DNA from: an uncultured delta proteobacterium
GTDB taxonomy: Bacteria > Desulfobacterota > Desulfobacteria > Desulfobacterales > UBA2156
Direction: 5' to 3'
Assembly: GCA_963736855.1 (NCBI GenBank)
Contig: CAVTQK010000024.1
Span: 141,850 to 205,849, forward strand
DNA: 64,000 nt
Under the pieces are notes generated by a model. That model was given only the letters and a program-made list of their open reading frames with translations, searched no databases and was not told where the DNA came from. Shown here one piece after another: positions 61,913-64,000 of the stretch. Numbering within the stretch: the first letter of the stretch is position 1; each line of letters begins with the position of its first letter. A program made the position numbers and the translations under genes.

Positions 61913-63010
61913 TTATCCGTGCCCTGCCGGGGCCATCATAAACGGCAGCACCGAATAGAGGTATTTCAGTTTGCCGCCGCAATGCGGGCAGATTGGCGGT
62001 GTGTGCGGCGCAAAGGATGCTTTGCGGCAGGCAATTTCAAACCCATAAGCTATTTGTATTAGCGTGCGGATCTTATTCAACGGAACAGAGGAACAAGGGT
62101 GCAAAAAGCCATAGTAACGGACCTTCATAAAGCCGGTTGGCAGAACGTGCTGTAAGAAGCGTCTTAGAAATTCCATGACATCAAGGGACATGGTGCGCCA
62201 GCGCCGGCTATCTTTTTTCTTATAACGAATGAAGACGTTGCGATCTTGTACCTTAACGATGCGGCGATTTGAGATGGCGACCTTAAACACATAGGGGGCC
62301 AGATACCTGACGCTGTGCTCGCTGCTGCCCACGGGTTGGCAGTTCACATTCCAGTCGATTTTCCACACCTCAGCGGGAATGGAACTTAAAAGATCTGTTT
62401 TTTTGATTTCATCACGAAATTTGGCTTTAAATATTTTCGACATGGCCCGGACCGGCAGATAAAAATCGATGCGAGCGCAATGCCAGGTGTTTTCTTTTGT
62501 GGACAAAGCGCCGGCGGCGACGATGTAGTGGATATGGGGATGGTACTGCAGCTGACGGCCCCAGGTGTGCAGTACGCCGAAGAAACCTGGAAGATCGCCG
62601 CCGATGAATTTTTCATCGGCGGACAGTTTTTTGAGCGTATCGGCGAAGAAGCTTTGAACAGTGGCCGCATAGCAGCAGCCGCTGGTTGCTGCGGATAAAG
62701 CGGCGTAATTGTTCAGGGACGGTAAAGGTGATCATGAAATGATGGACCGGGCAATTGTCGCTCCAATTGCGTTTCAAGCCATTGCCGGGTTTTATGATGC
62801 TGACAGGAGGGACAATGGCGGTTGCCGCAGGATCGAACACCGAATGGGAGCTGTCGCATTTATCACACTGGTAAATGGTATGCCGCAGCTTTCGGTGCGG
62901 CAATCGATGATGGCATCGATGACTTTTCGTGTTCATTTGGCATGGCATCGCCAAAGCGATGGATATACTCAGGTGCGTAGTTCTGGAAGATATCTTTAAT
63001 CGTTAGTCAT
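61913..63010 (-). pseudogene. IS91-family transposase with multiple frameshifts
   Basis: Fragments in several frames: Zn-finger Cys cluster, HFMITFTVPE, LHTWGRQLQYHPHIH, YLAPY and EFLRRFLQHVLPTGFMKVRYYG. Confidence 0.85.
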
Positions 63011-63881
63011 GGTCATCTCCCTTCATCAGGTCGTTGATGATGCCGTAGGCGCGTTCATGTCCTTGTGTGGTCAGGTGCAGATAGACCATGGTTGAGTTCA
63101 GGCTGTGATGTCCCAGATATTGCTGGATACGGCGGATATTGACGCCGGCCTCCAGCAGATGGGTGGCATAGCTGTGGCGCAGGGTGTGGATGGAGACACG
63201 TTTTTTGAATTTAAGCTGTTTCAATACCCGACGCAGGGCGCCTTGAACGGAGGATTTAGTTCATGGGGATGTTGGCGGTAGGTCCTTCTTTGCCGCTGCG
63301 GCCCAGCCGAGGGAAGATCCAGGCTGGATTTCGATGGAGCTTCCAGTAAGTCTCTTAAAATGTGAGGGTCGACTTCGGAAGGGGACATATCGGTCTTTAG
63401 CGCCTTTGCCGCGATGGACGTGAATGCGCATGCGATCGCTGTCGATATCGCTGACCTGAAGATAGAGGGCTTCATGCAGTCTGAGGCCGCAGGAATAGAC
63501 GGTGGTCAGATATGCTTTGTTTTGAGGGGTTTTTACCGCATCAAGGATGGCGCACACCTCGTCGACGCTCAGGACGGTAGGCAGCCGTTGTTCGCGTTTG
63601 GCATGGATCAGTTCCAGGGTGTGCCAGTCACGCTTGAGCACATTAATAAAAAAGAATTTGATGCCGCTGTAGCAGATGCGCATGGTGGCAGCAGACCATT
63701 TGTCGACGTTTCTGCGGTGCAGGAAATAATCCTGAAGTTGCATTTCGCTGATTTGATCGGGGGTTTTGTTGTAAAAATCAACGAGCATGCGAACGGATCT
63801 TGTATAGCATTGCTGAGTACGCTCGCTCATCCCGGCAAGTTGCAGGGCTCTCATGGAGTTTTGGTAATAGTCTTTCGTCAT
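63003..63881 (-). pseudogene. Tyrosine recombinase (phage integrase family) with frameshifts
   Basis: YSCGLRLHE and GKGAKDRYVP in one frame; [21 protein letters not shown] in another. Confidence 0.85.
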
Positions 63882-64000
63882 AGCCTCTCTCCTTTCATTT
63901 GAAGGGTTTATTGGATGGGGATCCGATATGAGAGGTATGACAGAGAATTATAGAAGCTTTTGCAACCTGCCCGGGATGACCTTATTCGCGAGGACTACTG

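Larger units (their letters stand above)
61639..64000 (-). mobile_element. IS91-like element carrying a tyrosine recombinase and a transposase; far end outside the window
   Basis: Translationally coupled recombinase and Y2 transposase; the downstream end reads GCCCTATCCGGGCTTCTTGAAC (hairpin plus GAAC) on the minus strand. Confidence 0.75.

Overview
This 64 kb window looks like a sulfate-reducer-like deltaproteobacterial (probably Desulfobacterales-type) chromosome; the taxonomy is inferred from gene content only. (1) Positions ~2.6-12.7 kb are a decayed accessory islet abutting the 3' end of tRNA-Leu(GAG). It holds two remnants of an IS91/ISCR-type element, an IS3 remnant, DUF169, a truncated AraC, mltC, an AAA/DUF4143 ATPase and a LysM / GH5-like hydrolase / truncated LysM module. 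(2) Positions ~12.8-59 kb are housekeeping backbone: kdsA-kdsC-lptCAB-rpoN-hpf-ptsN-rapZ-PTS IIA-gap-tpiA-secG, recA-alaS, dapB, a MurU-AmgK-like fusion, plsB, rnhA, namZ, a 2-oxoacid:ferredoxin oxidoreductase operon, hisC-cmk-rpsA-sppA, guaB-dnaE and xerD. Palindromic intergenic elements sit before recA and before the oxidoreductase operon. (3) Positions 59.1-64 kb are an integron with intI, a putative Pc and a putative attI. The most striking observation is that the apparent first cassette is an intact IS91-family HUH/Y2 transposase gene running from the attI core (GTTAAAT) to an attC-like hairpin. The other arm of that hairpin is the end of a second, inverted IS91-like element carrying its own tyrosine recombinase. 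Single-base indels in conserved genes (gap, namZ, murU-amgK) suggest uncorrected sequencing errors, so pseudogene calls are tentative.
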